The notes under the pieces are model-generated. The model was not told where the DNA came from. It was given only the letters and a program-made list of their open reading frames with translations, and made no database searches. A stretch of DNA of 51,414 bases from Chloroflexota bacterium (lineage in GTDB: Bacteria > Chloroflexota > UBA6077), in the NCBI GenBank assembly GCA_027356795.1, contig DAHVXI010000055.1:1-51414 (forward strand), given 5' to 3'. Position 1 is the stretch's first letter, and each line of letters opens with the position of its first letter. The position numbers and the translations under genes were made by a program. Below are positions 39,836 through 49,393 of the stretch, piece by piece.

Positions 39836-40600
39836 ATGGACGAGCGGGTGCCGCTCTACGATCAGTTCAGCGAGAGCTACGACGTCATGGTGGCCTGGGA
39901 GGAGCGGCTGGAGCGCGAGGAACCCTTCTTCCGGGAGATCTTCCAGCGGGCCAAGGCCCGGCGGGTGCTGGACGTGGGCAGCGCCACGGGCGGCCACGTC
40001 CTCCGCTTCGCGGAGATGGGCCTGGAAGCGGTGGGAGTGGATCCCTCGGCTGAGATGGTGCGCCGGGCCGAGGCTCGGGGCGCAGGCCGCCGGGGAGTAC
40101 GGTTCCTGCAGGCCGGCTTCGGCGAGTTGGCCCAGCGAGTGGGTGACGGCTTCGACGTGGTCACCTGCATTGGGAACACCCTTCCCCACGCCACCACTCG
40201 GCCCGATCTAAACCGCGCCCTAGCGGACATGGCCGCGGTTCTGCGACGCGGCGGGCTGCTGGTGATCCAGCAGCTCAACTACGACCGGATCCTGGCAGAG
40301 CAGCGCCGCTTCCTGGGGACATCCTCCGGGGTGCGGGGCGAGGTAGAGTATCTCTTCTTCCGCTTCTACGACTTCCACGGGGAGAAGCTCACCTTCAACG
40401 TCGTCACCTTCAGGAAAGAGGCCGGACAGTGGAGCTTCCAGGTGGGCTCGACCTCCTTGCGGGCGACCCGGCAGGGAGAGGTGGCCGAGGCCCTGGCACG
40501 CGCGGGCTTCGATTCGGTCCAGTGGTACGGTAGCTATGGCAAGGAGCCCTTCGACCCCGCCTCCTCGGGCGACCTGGTGGCGGTTGCTGCCCGGCGGTGA
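39836..40600 (+). CDS. Class I SAM-dependent methyltransferase
   Basis: VLDVGSATG, GVDPS, FDVVTCIGNTLPH and LNYDRIL motifs. Confidence 0.88.
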   Translation: MDERVPLYDQFSESYDVMVAWEERLEREEPFFREIFQRAKARRVLDVGSATGGHVLRFAEMGLEAVGVDPSAEMVRRAEARGAGRRGVRFLQAGFGELAQRVGDGFDVVTCIGNTLPHATTRPDLNRALADMAAVLRRGGLLVIQQLNYDRILAEQRRFLGTSSGVRGEVEYLFFRFYDFHGEKLTFNVVTFRKEAGQWSFQVGSTSLRATRQGEVAEALARAGFDSVQWYGSYGKEPFDPASSGDLVAVAARR

Positions 40601-40648
40601 ACCTCTCCCCGGCCCCCTCCCCGACACGGGGAGGGGGCCGGGGAGAGT
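40601..40648. repeat. Family B-like hairpin after the methyltransferase stop
   Basis: cctctccccggccccctccccg-aca-cggggagggggccggggagag; resembles the mfd insert at 18317-18356. Confidence 0.7.
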
Positions 40649-40813
40649 CAAGGGGGTGTATTGGGGAGCCCTCCTTGCCCGCCGGCCCCCTTCCAGGCTA
40701 TTATCAGGCACACTGACAATGTGGATACGAAGGTAATCCACCGGGATCCGATCCCCTGCCGGCGCTGGGAGATGGGTCCGCTCCCGAGAGACGCCGGTAG
40801 TCAGGTATTGTCG

Positions 40814-42079
40814 ATGCTGACCGAGAGATGGCAACGGAACCTGGCAGCGCTTGCCTTTGCCCAGGCGCTGACCATGGTGGCCTTCAGCTTTGTGTTCTCC
40901 TTCTTTCCCCTTTACGTCCAAACCCTGGGGGTTCACGGCACCGAAGAGGCCGCCCAGTGGGCGGGGGCCATCATCGCCTCCACGGCGCTAGCCATGGCTA
41001 TCTCCCAACCCATCTGGGGGAACCTGGCCGACCGCTGGGGCCGGAAGCCGATGCTGCTGCGCTCCATGGTGGGGGGCGCCTGCACCCTGACCCTGATGGG
41101 GATGGTCAGCGCGCCGGAGCACCTGGTCGTCCTGCGCTTCGTCCAGGGGCTGGTAACCGGTACCGTCGCCGCCGGAAACGCCCTGGTGGCCGCCTCGGCC
41201 CCCAAGCGGCGGCTGGGGTTCGCCCTGGGGCTGATGCAGGTGGCCTTCTTCTTCGGCTCCTCGGTGGGCCCGCTCCTGGGAGGGATCATGGCGGATCTGT
41301 GGGGCTTCAGGGTCCCCTTCTTCGCCGCCGGGGTCCTGATGGTGTTGGGCTTCTTTACCGTGCTGACCCTGGTCCACGAGGACTTCCAGCGTCCGGTGGC
41401 CACTGCGCAGGGGGCCAGTATCTGGAGACAGAGCCGGGCCCTATTGGCCATGCCCCTCTTCCCCGCCCTGCTGGTGGTGGTGTTCATGATCCAGCTTGGG
41501 AACGTGATCGTGAGCCCGGTGCTCAGCCTCTTTATCGCCGAGCTGAACGCCAGCGACAAGGCCGGCACCGCTGCCGGTCTCGTGCTGGCGGCCACCGGTG
41601 TGGCCAGCGCCATCTCCGCGCTGCTCCTCGGGCGGCTGGGTGACCGTGTGGGCCACGGCGTGATCCTGCCGGTGTGCCTGGTGGGGGCCGCGCTCAGCTA
41701 CTTTCCTCAGGCCATGGTCCAGCAGGTTTGGCAGCTGCTGCTGTTGAGGGCGCTGCTCGGGGCGTTCCTGGGCGGGCTGATGCCCAGCGCCAACGCCATG
41801 CTGGCGTCGCTGGTGCCCCGAGAGCGGCGGGGCGCCGCCTTCGGGATCAGCTCCAGCTTCCAGGCTATGGCCAACTTCGTGGGACCGCTGTCGGGGGCGG
41901 CCATCACCTCCAACTGGGGGCTGCGAGCGATCTTCGGCATCACGGGCAGCTTCTACCTGCTGGCCTACGGCTGGGTGGCGTTGGCGGTTCGGCGGCGACC
42001 GGCCGCGGCTCCCCAGCCGCAGGTGGAGCCCGCATCAGCGGTCCTCACCAAGACCCTATCGCAACGGGAGAGGGATTAG
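40814..42079 (+). CDS. MFS transporter (DHA1/MdtG-like)
   Basis: WGNLADRWGRKPMLLRS and GPLLGG motifs with about 12 TMs. The C-terminus VLTKTLSQRERD is encoded by a degenerate family B element. Confidence 0.88.
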   Translation: MLTERWQRNLAALAFAQALTMVAFSFVFSFFPLYVQTLGVHGTEEAAQWAGAIIASTALAMAISQPIWGNLADRWGRKPMLLRSMVGGACTLTLMGMVSAPEHLVVLRFVQGLVTGTVAAGNALVAASAPKRRLGFALGLMQVAFFFGSSVGPLLGGIMADLWGFRVPFFAAGVLMVLGFFTVLTLVHEDFQRPVATAQGASIWRQSRALLAMPLFPALLVVVFMIQLGNVIVSPVLSLFIAELNASDKAGTAAGLVLAATGVASAISALLLGRLGDRVGHGVILPVCLVGAALSYFPQAMVQQVWQLLLLRALLGAFLGGLMPSANAMLASLVPRERRGAAFGISSSFQAMANFVGPLSGAAITSNWGLRAIFGITGSFYLLAYGWVALAVRRRPAAAPQPQVEPASAVLTKTLSQRERD

Positions 42080-43458
42080 CAGCGTCCCGGCACCCACCGC
42101 ACCAGCCTCGGCGCGATCGCCCACATGGTCAGGATGCTGAGCAGGCTGCAGGCCGCTCCCGTGCCGAAGGCGGTCAGGTAGCTGCCGGTGAGGTCGAAGA
42201 CGTACCCCGCGAACCAGGCCCCAGTGGCGCTGCCCAGCCCGTTGGCGATCGCCAGGGTGCCGTAGATGGATCCGAATCGGCTGCCCGCGAAGAGGTCCGC
42301 CGAGACGGCCGGGGTGAGGGGCGCCGTGGCGCCGTAGCCCAGGGCGAAGACCATGGCGTAGAGGTAGGTCAGGGGCAGAGAGGGGGCGTAGCGGGTCATG
42401 CCGAGCAGGAAGATCGCCGCCAAGGTGGCGCTCAGCCCCAGACTCCAGGTTATCTCCCGCCCCAGCCGGTCGGAGATCCACCCCCAGCCGATCTTGGCCC
42501 CCACGCTGAACAGCCCCACCAGCCCCACTATGGAGGCCGCCAGCAGCTTGTCGTACCCCCCGTCCACCAGGAAGGCCACCTGGTGGACGAAGATCATTTG
42601 GGTGGCGATGTTGGCCAGTGCCATGGTGGCGAACAGCATCCAGTAGCGTCGGGTCCGCAGGGCGGTGGCCACCGTCCAGGGGGTGCCCGCCCACCTCTCG
42701 TCCACCACCCGCGACCGGCGGGCCGGTGCGTTCTGCCTGGGAGCCGGCTCGATCTCCGTGCGTCTGCCGTCCTTGGGCAATCCCAGATCCTCGGGCCTGC
42801 CCCGCATCAACAGCAGGGTGATGGGCAGCACCTCGGTCAGGACGATGCCGGCCAGGGCAACGTAGGCCATTCGCCACCCCAACTGGTTGATCAGCCACTG
42901 GCTGACGGGGACCATCACCAGGATCCCCATCCCGATCCCGGAGGATGCGATCCCCAGGGCTGCTCCCAGGCGAACGGAGAACCAGCGGTTGATCATGATG
43001 ACGCAGGGGACCCACCCCGTGGCGCTCAGGCCGATGCCCGTGATGACGCCGAAGAAGAGGTAGAACTGCCATAGGCTGGTGATTCGGCTGCAGGCCACCA
43101 GTCCCACGGCCAGGATCGTCACCGCCACCGAGATGATCCGCCCCGGGCCGAGCCGGTCGGCCAGGGCCCCCGCCCCCGCGCCGGCCACTCCCACCACTAT
43201 GACGAAGAGGGAGAACACCCCCGCCGAGGAGGCGCGGCTCCACCCGAACTCCTCCAGCAGCGCGACGTAGAACACCGCGAAGGAGTACCAGACGGTGTAG
43301 GTGAGCCCCAGGGAGACGAAGGCCGCGGCCACGATGAGCCAGCCGTAGAAGAAGGGCAGCCGGGCCCGCCAGTCCCGCCGGGCGGGCTTCGAGGCTGCCT
43401 CGATGGAGGATTCCTCCGAGGAAGATGTCTGCGATGGCACTTCTTTGGGCCGTCCCAT
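42076..43458 (-). CDS. MFS transporter (oxalate/formate antiporter-like)
   Basis: FFYGWLIV, FGWSRA, LADRLGP, GWRMAY and GWISDRLGRE motifs. Confidence 0.88.
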   Translation of the reverse strand: MGRPKEVPSQTSSSEESSIEAASKPARRDWRARLPFFYGWLIVAAAFVSLGLTYTVWYSFAVFYVALLEEFGWSRASSAGVFSLFVIVVGVAGAGAGALADRLGPGRIISVAVTILAVGLVACSRITSLWQFYLFFGVITGIGLSATGWVPCVIMINRWFSVRLGAALGIASSGIGMGILVMVPVSQWLINQLGWRMAYVALAGIVLTEVLPITLLLMRGRPEDLGLPKDGRRTEIEPAPRQNAPARRSRVVDERWAGTPWTVATALRTRRYWMLFATMALANIATQMIFVHQVAFLVDGGYDKLLAASIVGLVGLFSVGAKIGWGWISDRLGREITWSLGLSATLAAIFLLGMTRYAPSLPLTYLYAMVFALGYGATAPLTPAVSADLFAGSRFGSIYGTLAIANGLGSATGAWFAGYVFDLTGSYLTAFGTGAACSLLSILTMWAIAPRLVRWVPGRC

Positions 43459-43574
43459 CTACAGGTAGAATGTCGTGGGTGGCCGCCATTATAGCCCTTG
43501 CGGGGTGGCTCGGTCATCAGGATGGCGCACTTCGGGAGGGCTCGGCGGGGCGGGCACGAGGGGTGCCATCGCTC

Positions 43575-43769
43575 TCACCCCTCCAGCATCATCCTCATCT
43601 CGTTGGTCTGACGGAAGCCGATCCCCTCGTAGAGCGGCCGGCCCTGGTCGGAGGCGTGGAGCCGCACCTCGACGATCCCCTGCTCCCGCACCCAGCCGAT
43701 GGCCCTCTCTACCAGTGCCCGGGCGATCCCCCGCCGCCGGTGCTCCGGCTCCACGTTCCACGCGTTATT
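43575..43769 (-). pseudogene. C-terminal remnant of a GNAT acetyltransferase
   Basis: NVEPEHRRRGIARALVERAIGWVREQGIVEVRLHASDQGRPLYEGIGFRQTNEM...*; an in-frame TGA lies directly upstream. Confidence 0.7.
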
Positions 43770-44085
43770 TCAGCACCAGCGCCGTCAGCAGCGCCACCGA
43801 GATCCCCGCCGCCACCGCCTTGGAGAGGTTGCGGGTGGCCAGGGCCACGGCGAAGGTGGCCGCGCCCGCCCACAGCTGGCCGTTGGAGAGGGTGACGGCC
43901 GGCGACCCGTCCCGCAGCAGCAGCCCGGGGAACACCAGGGCGGCGAAGACGGCCGGCGGGACGTAGCGGAGCCACCGCACCAACGGCTCGGGGAGGTTCC
44001 TGGCCGAGAGGGCCAGCAGCGGGGCCAGCCGCACCGGATAGGTGGCCAGCATCATGGCCAGCACGAAGGCTACTTTGTCTGCCAT
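43765..44085 (-). CDS. azlD: AzlD-family branched-chain amino acid transporter subunit
   Basis: TYPVRLAPL, WLRYVPPAVFAALV and TRNL motifs. Confidence 0.8.
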   Translation of the reverse strand: MADKVAFVLAMMLATYPVRLAPLLALSARNLPEPLVRWLRYVPPAVFAALVFPGLLLRDGSPAVTLSNGQLWAGAATFAVALATRNLSKAVAAGISVALLTALVLK

Positions 44086-44540
44086 CGTTCCAACACCATC
44101 CCCAGGGTAGCGCCGGCCAGACCGACCAGGATCACGTTGCCGGAGTTGATCTGCCCCAGGTAGAGCCCCACCGACAGGGCAGAGGAGAAGAGGGCCACGG
44201 CCACGGTTATCCTGTCCCGGCAGGACATCACCAGCAGGGAGAGGAACACCGCCGGGAGGGCGAAGGTCATGGCGTCCCGCACCACCGGGGGCAGCAGCTC
44301 GCCCGCCTGGTAGCCCGCCAGGGTCCCCACGTTCCATGTGGTGTAGGTGACCAGGTTGGCCCCCAGCAGGTACCAGCGGTCGGCCTCGCCCCGGCGTACA
44401 CCAGCAGCGACATCAGGCCGGCCTCCAGGGCCGAGAAGCCATACTGCCGGGCGGCGATCCCGAAGGCCATCCCCAGGGGGAAGAAGCCCAGCAATAGGGA
44501 CACGGAGTCCCGCATCCCCCGCAGCAGGGCCGGGGTGATG
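44070..44540 (-). pseudogene. azlC: AzlC-family permease with internal deletion/frameshift
   Basis: The N-terminal frame (...GFFPLGMAFG...MSLLVYAG) is fused out of frame to the C-terminal frame (...WNVGTLAG...FALPAVF); the central region is missing. Confidence 0.75.
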
Positions 44541-44577
44541 CTCTCCTCCAGTAGACGTCAATAGACGTCGGGAACGA

Positions 44578-44655
44578 AACCACAAAGACCCTAAGACCCT
44601 AAGACCCTAAGGGGCACCAAGCTCTCCTGGTGGTTCTTCGTGTCCTGGTGTCCTG
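44578..44655. repeat. Inverted 8-9-mer repeat element (ACCACAAAGAC..AAG / CTTCGTGTC)
   Basis: aaccacaaagaccctaagaccctaagaccctaag...cttcgtgtcctggtgtcc; related half at 46240-46274. Confidence 0.65.
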
Positions 44656-44750
44656 CTAGTCTGGTCTCTCGGTGCCGGGCCTGGGTTGTGCCGCATTCTA
44701 CCGCAATCGCCGATTTCTTTCACAGGGAAAGCAGCTGGGGACAACCGAAA

Positions 44751-44856
44751 GGGCGAGCCGCCCCTGTCATCCTGAGCGAAGCGAAGGATCTCGGCCGTCG
44801 GTTCCGCGACGTGCTTGGCTTCGCTCGGCATGGCCGCCCAAGAGGCTCGCCCTCCC
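44751..44856. repeat. Family E element nested in family C arms
   Basis: gggcgagcc [tgtcatcctgagcgaagcgaaggatct...cttcgctcggcatggc] ggctcgccctccc. Confidence 0.75.
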
Positions 44857-44983
44857 GCGTTATCAGTTCTTGCGCGGAGGCAGTAAAATGGTCGCTGCCA
44901 ACCCACGACGGGAGCCGCGGGACGCGGCCTGGAAAAGGGGGCCGAGGGATCTCGGCCGCGGTGTAGGAGTAAGGAGGATCCTC

Positions 44984-45463
44984 ATGGCCACAGCAGTCGA
45001 ACGGCGGGAGATGATCGCCAGGATACGGGAGCTTCCGGCCAGGCTGGAGGCTGCCGTGGGGGGACTCAGCGACGCCCAGTTGGACGAGCCGGGGGGCGAG
45101 GGGGAGTGGTCGGTGCGGCAGGTGGTGCACCACCTGGCCGACGCCCACATGAACGGCTTCATCCGGATGAAGCTGGTCCTGACCGAGGAGAAGCCGATCC
45201 TGAAGCCCTACGACCAGGAGCGGTGGGCCCAGCTTCCCGACACCACTCGGGTCCCCATCGAGCCCTCCATGGAGATCCTGAAAGGGCTCCACGAGCGGTG
45301 GTCCGTCCTGTTGGAGGGACTGCCGGAGTCCGCCTGGCATCGGCCGGGCGTGCACCTGGAGGCCGGGCTGCTGACCCTGGACGGCCTGCTCTCCACCTTC
45401 GTCGGCCATGGGGAGAACCACCTGCAGCAGATCGCCAAGATCCGCTCCGCGAGCCGCCGGTGA
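44984..45463 (+). CDS. DinB/YfiT-family metal-dependent (thiol transferase-like) protein
   Basis: WSVRQVVHHLADAH, KPYDQ..WA and HGENHL motifs; AAGGAGG SD. Confidence 0.88.
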   Translation: MATAVERREMIARIRELPARLEAAVGGLSDAQLDEPGGEGEWSVRQVVHHLADAHMNGFIRMKLVLTEEKPILKPYDQERWAQLPDTTRVPIEPSMEILKGLHERWSVLLEGLPESAWHRPGVHLEAGLLTLDGLLSTFVGHGENHLQQIAKIRSASRR

Positions 45464-45477
45464 AGGGTGCTGAGGTC

Positions 45478-46044
45478 ATGGAGAGGTGTCCCTGGTGTGG
45501 TACCGAGGAGCTGTACGTCCGGTACCACGACGAGGAGTGGGGTGTCCCCGTTCACGACGACCGGAAGCAGTTCGAGTTCCTGGTGCTGGAGGCTGCCCAG
45601 GCGGGGCTCAGCTGGATCACCATCCTGCGGAAGCGGGAGGGGTACCGGAAGGCCTACGTGGGGTTCGATGCCCAGGCGGTCGCCCGCTATGGGGAGCAGC
45701 AGGTCGAGCGGCTGCTGGCCAACCCGGGCATCGTCAGAAACCGCCGGAAGGTCGAGGCCTCCGTCAACAACGCGGCGCGGTTCCTGGAGGTCCAGGGGGA
45801 GTTCGGCAGCTTCGACCGCTACCTCTGGCGCTTCGTGGACCATGAGCCGGTCCGGAACCGGTGGCACACCCTGGACGAGATCCCTGCCAGGACCCCCCTC
45901 TCGGAGGAGGTCAGCGAGGACCTCCGGCGCCGGGGCTTCACCTTCCTGGGCCCCACGGTGGTCTATTCCCATCTGCAGGCGGTAGGGCTGGTCAACGACC
46001 ACCTGGTGAGCTGCTTCCGGTACCGGCAGCTTTCGCAGCCGTAG
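45478..46044 (+). CDS. tag: DNA-3-methyladenine glycosylase I
   Basis: RCPW, YHDEEWG, LEAAQAGLSW..IL.KR, IVRNRRK and NDHLVSC motifs. Confidence 0.95.
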   Translation: MERCPWCGTEELYVRYHDEEWGVPVHDDRKQFEFLVLEAAQAGLSWITILRKREGYRKAYVGFDAQAVARYGEQQVERLLANPGIVRNRRKVEASVNNAARFLEVQGEFGSFDRYLWRFVDHEPVRNRWHTLDEIPARTPLSEEVSEDLRRRGFTFLGPTVVYSHLQAVGLVNDHLVSCFRYRQLSQP

Positions 46045-46196
46045 GAGCCGGCTCCTGCCGGCGACCCGTGACCGAGAGGTGAAAGGCCCATCCTGTAGCG
46101 TCGGGGCTTGTCCCCGACGAGGTACCCGTCGCCCACGAGGGGCGACGCTACGTAGAGACGTGGCACCACGTCGCCCACAAGAAGGGGCGACGCTAC
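46041..46196. repeat. Cluster of GTAG REP-like elements (BIME-like)
   Basis: gtaggagccggctcctgccggcga; gtagcgtcggggcttgtccccgacg; two gtcgccc...ggggcgacgctac units. Confidence 0.8.
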
Positions 46197-46293
46197 ATGG
46201 GGCCTTTCCGCGGCGGCCACAGGGCGTCACCAGGTAGGATTCGTGCATCCTCGTGTCTTGGTGCCTTCGTGGTCTTGAAGGAGGTTCTCCCTC

Positions 46294-47217
46294 ATGCGGT
46301 ACCGGTTCTACACTGTCGACGTCTTCACCGATCGGGTCTTCGGCGGCAATCCCCTGGCGGTGCTCCCGGACGCTCAGGGGCTGGAGCCGGAGCAGATGCT
46401 GCGGATCACACGGGAGTTCAACCTCTCCGAGACCGTCTTCGTGTTCCCTCCCCAGGAGCGCGGCCACACCCGGCAGGTGAGGATCTTCACACCCGCCCAG
46501 GAGCTCCCCTTCGCCGGCCATCCCACCGTCGGCACCGCCTTCCTGCTGGCCTCCATCGGGGAGGTGGACCTGGAGGGCGAGGTCACCACGGTGGTCCTGG
46601 AGGAGGGTGTGGGTCCGGTCTCCGTCGCCATCCAGGCCGAGCGAGGCGAACCGTTCTCGGCCATGCTCTCCGTCGCCAAGCTGCCGGAGTTCGGGCCTCC
46701 GCCTCCTCCCCTGGAGGCCATCGCCGAGACGCTGTCGCTGGACCCGGGGGATCTGCTCACCGGCGAAATCGGCCCTCAGGCGGTCTCCTGTGGAAACCCC
46801 TTCCTCTTCGTGCCGGTAAGGGACCGGTCGGTCCTGGCGAGGGTTCGGGTGAGCCCGACCGCCTGGGAGCGCCACCTGGCCCCCTACTGGGCGCCCAAAC
46901 CCTACATCTTCACCTTCGACGTCGAGTTGCCCGAATCGTCCGTGCGGGCTCGCATGTTCTCTCCCTCCATAGGCCTCAGGGAGGATCCCGCCACGGGATC
47001 GGCGTCCGCCGCCCTGGCCGGGTACCTGGGGGTCCGGGACCGCACCGAGGTGGGGACCCTTCGCTGGCAGGTGGAGCAGGGCTTCGAGATGGGGCGGCCC
47101 AGCCTGCTTCAGGTGGAAGCCGACAAGGCGCGGGGGCAGATCACCGCGGCCAGGGTGGGTGGTCGCTGCGTGCGGGTGAGCGAGGGGACCATGGAGGTCC
47201 CGATTCACACCAGGTGA
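46294..47217 (+). CDS. PhzF-family isomerase
   Basis: VDVFT..FGGNPLAV, NLSETVF, ELPFAGHPT and EDPATGSA motifs. Confidence 0.93.
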   Translation: MRYRFYTVDVFTDRVFGGNPLAVLPDAQGLEPEQMLRITREFNLSETVFVFPPQERGHTRQVRIFTPAQELPFAGHPTVGTAFLLASIGEVDLEGEVTTVVLEEGVGPVSVAIQAERGEPFSAMLSVAKLPEFGPPPPPLEAIAETLSLDPGDLLTGEIGPQAVSCGNPFLFVPVRDRSVLARVRVSPTAWERHLAPYWAPKPYIFTFDVELPESSVRARMFSPSIGLREDPATGSASAALAGYLGVRDRTEVGTLRWQVEQGFEMGRPSLLQVEADKARGQITAARVGGRCVRVSEGTMEVPIHTR

Positions 47218-48038
47218 TCCAGCCGGTATGGGTGGAAGATCTCGGGCAGGAAGACCCTGGTGGTGGGGGCGACCCGCCGGAGGGTGTGCTTGAAGTCCGC
47301 CAGATTCACGTGGTGCAGCGGCGGCACGGTCCAGCCGGGCGGCGCGAAGATGGGCCGCAGCGGCTTGGACAGCGGCCGGAAGAAGTCGTCCCAGTGGATC
47401 GGGATGACGATGCGGGGGCGCACCTGGCGCAGCAGGGCGTCGTAGTAGCGAGGCTTCCTCTGGGGGTCCACGAACAGCAGGTCCGCCTGGACGGCGGGCT
47501 CGGGGTCCTCACCGTTCCAGTCCAGCAGCCGATGGCCGCCCACCTCGATCAGGAAGCTGAAGTTGACGTCCATCCGGTAGTCTCGAACCCCCGGCGGTAG
47601 ATGCAGCTCCTGGGACGGCAGGCCGGAGAAGATCGGTTGGCTCGCGGCGGTGCCGTGGCGGGCCGAGAGGACCTGCAGCTGGAACTCTCCCACGACGAAG
47701 TCGTCTCCCGCTCGGATCTCGTGGACCTGCTCCTCGGGAACCCCCAGGATGGAGAGCAGCCTGCAGCTGTTGCGGGAGCCCAGCGCCACGGCGCCGGTGT
47801 TGCGCGCCACCTCGGGCACGTCCATCAGGTGGTCCCAGTGGGCGTGGGTGATCAGGACGAAATCGCAGCGCGGCAGCTTCGCCGCCACCAGGGGACGGTC
47901 GGGGACGACCCTCCCGAACCACATCCGGCGGAAGGGGGGACGGCTGAAGAAAGGGTCGATGGCCAGCACCTCGTCATCGGTGCTCAGCTCGATCCCGGCT
48001 ACCCCTAGCCAGCGAAAGTGGATCGGTTCTCCTATCAC
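47205..48038 (-). CDS. Metallo-beta-lactamase fold hydrolase (UlaG-like)
   Basis: WLGVAG, IDPF, THAHWDH and IPIHWD motifs. GTG start inferred. Confidence 0.85.
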   Translation of the reverse strand: MIGEPIHFRWLGVAGIELSTDDEVLAIDPFFSRPPFRRMWFGRVVPDRPLVAAKLPRCDFVLITHAHWDHLMDVPEVARNTGAVALGSRNSCRLLSILGVPEEQVHEIRAGDDFVVGEFQLQVLSARHGTAASQPIFSGLPSQELHLPPGVRDYRMDVNFSFLIEVGGHRLLDWNGEDPEPAVQADLLFVDPQRKPRYYDALLRQVRPRIVIPIHWDDFFRPLSKPLRPIFAPPGWTVPPLHHVNLADFKHTLRRVAPTTRVFLPEIFHPYRLDHLV

Positions 48039-48143
48039 CTTGCGTTGCTCCCCTGTCTGGCAATGAGCAGAAAGCCTGCCAGTCGGGGGACAGCGGCTCA
48101 CAAGAAAACGCCCTCTTCCCCATAGGAGGAGATGGTGTTTCCA

Positions 48144-48165
48144 CTGTAGGAGCCGGCTCCTACAG
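48144..48165. repeat. Perfect 22-bp REP-like palindrome overlapping the hemerythrin stop
   Basis: ctgtaggagccggctcctacag. Confidence 0.8.
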
Positions 48166-48564
48166 CCTGGTCTTCAGGTAGGCCCCCAGGGCCTTGTCGG
48201 ACTGGCGGATGTGCTTGTTCAGCCAGTCGATCACCCGACGCTGGATGGCGATCACCAGGGTGGTGGAGGCGCCCTGGGTCTCGTAGCTCTTGGCCAGATC
48301 GCCAAAGTCCCTCAAGAAGGCCAGATGTTCCCCCTTGTGGCCCGTGATCCCGCCGTAGCCATGCTGGACCATGGCCTTCTCTTCGGTGCCGAAATGGGTA
48401 ACCACGTAGTCGGACAGGAATTGGATCAGCTTGCCAACCTCGTCTTTGCCCCTGCCCTGGCTGCTTGCCTGCAGCAGCTGATCTATCCTCTTGAAGAGTT
48501 CTTTGTGCTGGTCGTCGATCAGGGATACCCCCACCGCTAGATCGGGCGTCCACTGTACTGCCAC
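48160..48564 (-). CDS. Bacteriohemerythrin
   Basis: IDDQH, HF..EE..M, H...H and WL..HI...D di-iron ligand motifs. Confidence 0.93.
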   Translation of the reverse strand: MAVQWTPDLAVGVSLIDDQHKELFKRIDQLLQASSQGRGKDEVGKLIQFLSDYVVTHFGTEEKAMVQHGYGGITGHKGEHLAFLRDFGDLAKSYETQGASTTLVIAIQRRVIDWLNKHIRQSDKALGAYLKTRL

Positions 48565-48720
48565 CTTGCTGCCTCCTGCCTTCTCTGTTGGGATCCGGAC
48601 CCTTCAAGGTGCTGGACAATGCGGGAGAAGGTCCGTTCCCTAGAGAGATTCATCGGCAGGAGCGAGGGCGTTCTGAAGATCAGGGGATGTCAAGATGGCT
48701 TCATGCCTTCTGAATGCCGC

Positions 48721-48754
48721 GATAGGGGACGGGCCTTCGCGCCCGCCCCCTATC
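48721..48754 (-). terminator. Hairpin after the YHS gene (possible terminator)
   Basis: gataggggacgggc...gcccgccccctatc; no strong U-tract. Confidence 0.4.
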
Positions 48755-48766
48755 TTGGTCAAGAGA

Positions 48767-48970
48767 CTAGTGATGGTGCTCGTGATGCTCGTGCTCGGGC
48801 ATCATGTGGGCGTGGCCGGCGGCGCTGTGGATGTACCTCTCCGGGTCCTTTTCGAAGGATTCCTTGCAGCTGCGGTTGCAGAAGTAAAAGGTTTCGCCGG
48901 CGTACTCCACCCTGTCGGCGGTCTTGGGATCGCACTCCATCCCGCAAACTGGATCTCTAGCCATGGCCAT
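48767..48970 (-). CDS. YHS/TRASH domain protein with His-rich tail
   Basis: DPVCGM, YFC..SC..F..DPERY and HEHHEHH tail. Confidence 0.88.
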   Translation of the reverse strand: MAMARDPVCGMECDPKTADRVEYAGETFYFCNRSCKESFEKDPERYIHSAAGHAHMMPEHEHHEHHH

Positions 48971-49099
48971 CTGGACGCTCCTTCCGTTCCAGCCCTAAGG
49001 CTGTCTTACCCTCTCTGGGACCCCCGCCAGAACCACGAAGGGGCGACCCGTCGGGTCGCCCCTTCGTTGATGATGCGCCGGCAGGAGGTTAAGGGCCTG

Positions 49100-49309
49100 C
49101 TAGTTCGAGGCGGGGTAGCCCTCGTCGGCCATGACCTGCTTGATCCGTGCCAGGTCTACCTTGGCAGGATCGAAGGTGACCTGGACGTCCTTGGTGCCAG
49201 GGTCAGCCTCCACGCCGGAGACTCCCTCCAGCTTGCCCACGGCATTCTTGACCGTCATGACGCAGTGCATGCAGGAGATGTCGGGGGCGTGCAGGGTCTT
49301 GGTTTCCAT
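49100..49309 (-). CDS. copZ: Copper chaperone (HMA domain)
   Basis: ISCMHC motif, 69 aa, next to a Cu-ATPase. Confidence 0.88.
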   Translation of the reverse strand: METKTLHAPDISCMHCVMTVKNAVGKLEGVSGVEADPGTKDVQVTFDPAKVDLARIKQVMADEGYPASN

Positions 49310-49334
49310 CGGTCTTCTCCTTACTCTTGGGTTA

Positions 49335-49370
49335 TCCCCTCTCCCTCTGGGAGAGGGTCAGGGTGAGGGC
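49335..49370. repeat. Family B palindromic element
   Basis: tcccctctccctctgggagagggtcagggtgagggc between copA and copZ. Confidence 0.85.
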
Positions 49371-49393
49371 TGTGACGAGTCCGAGCGCAGTAT

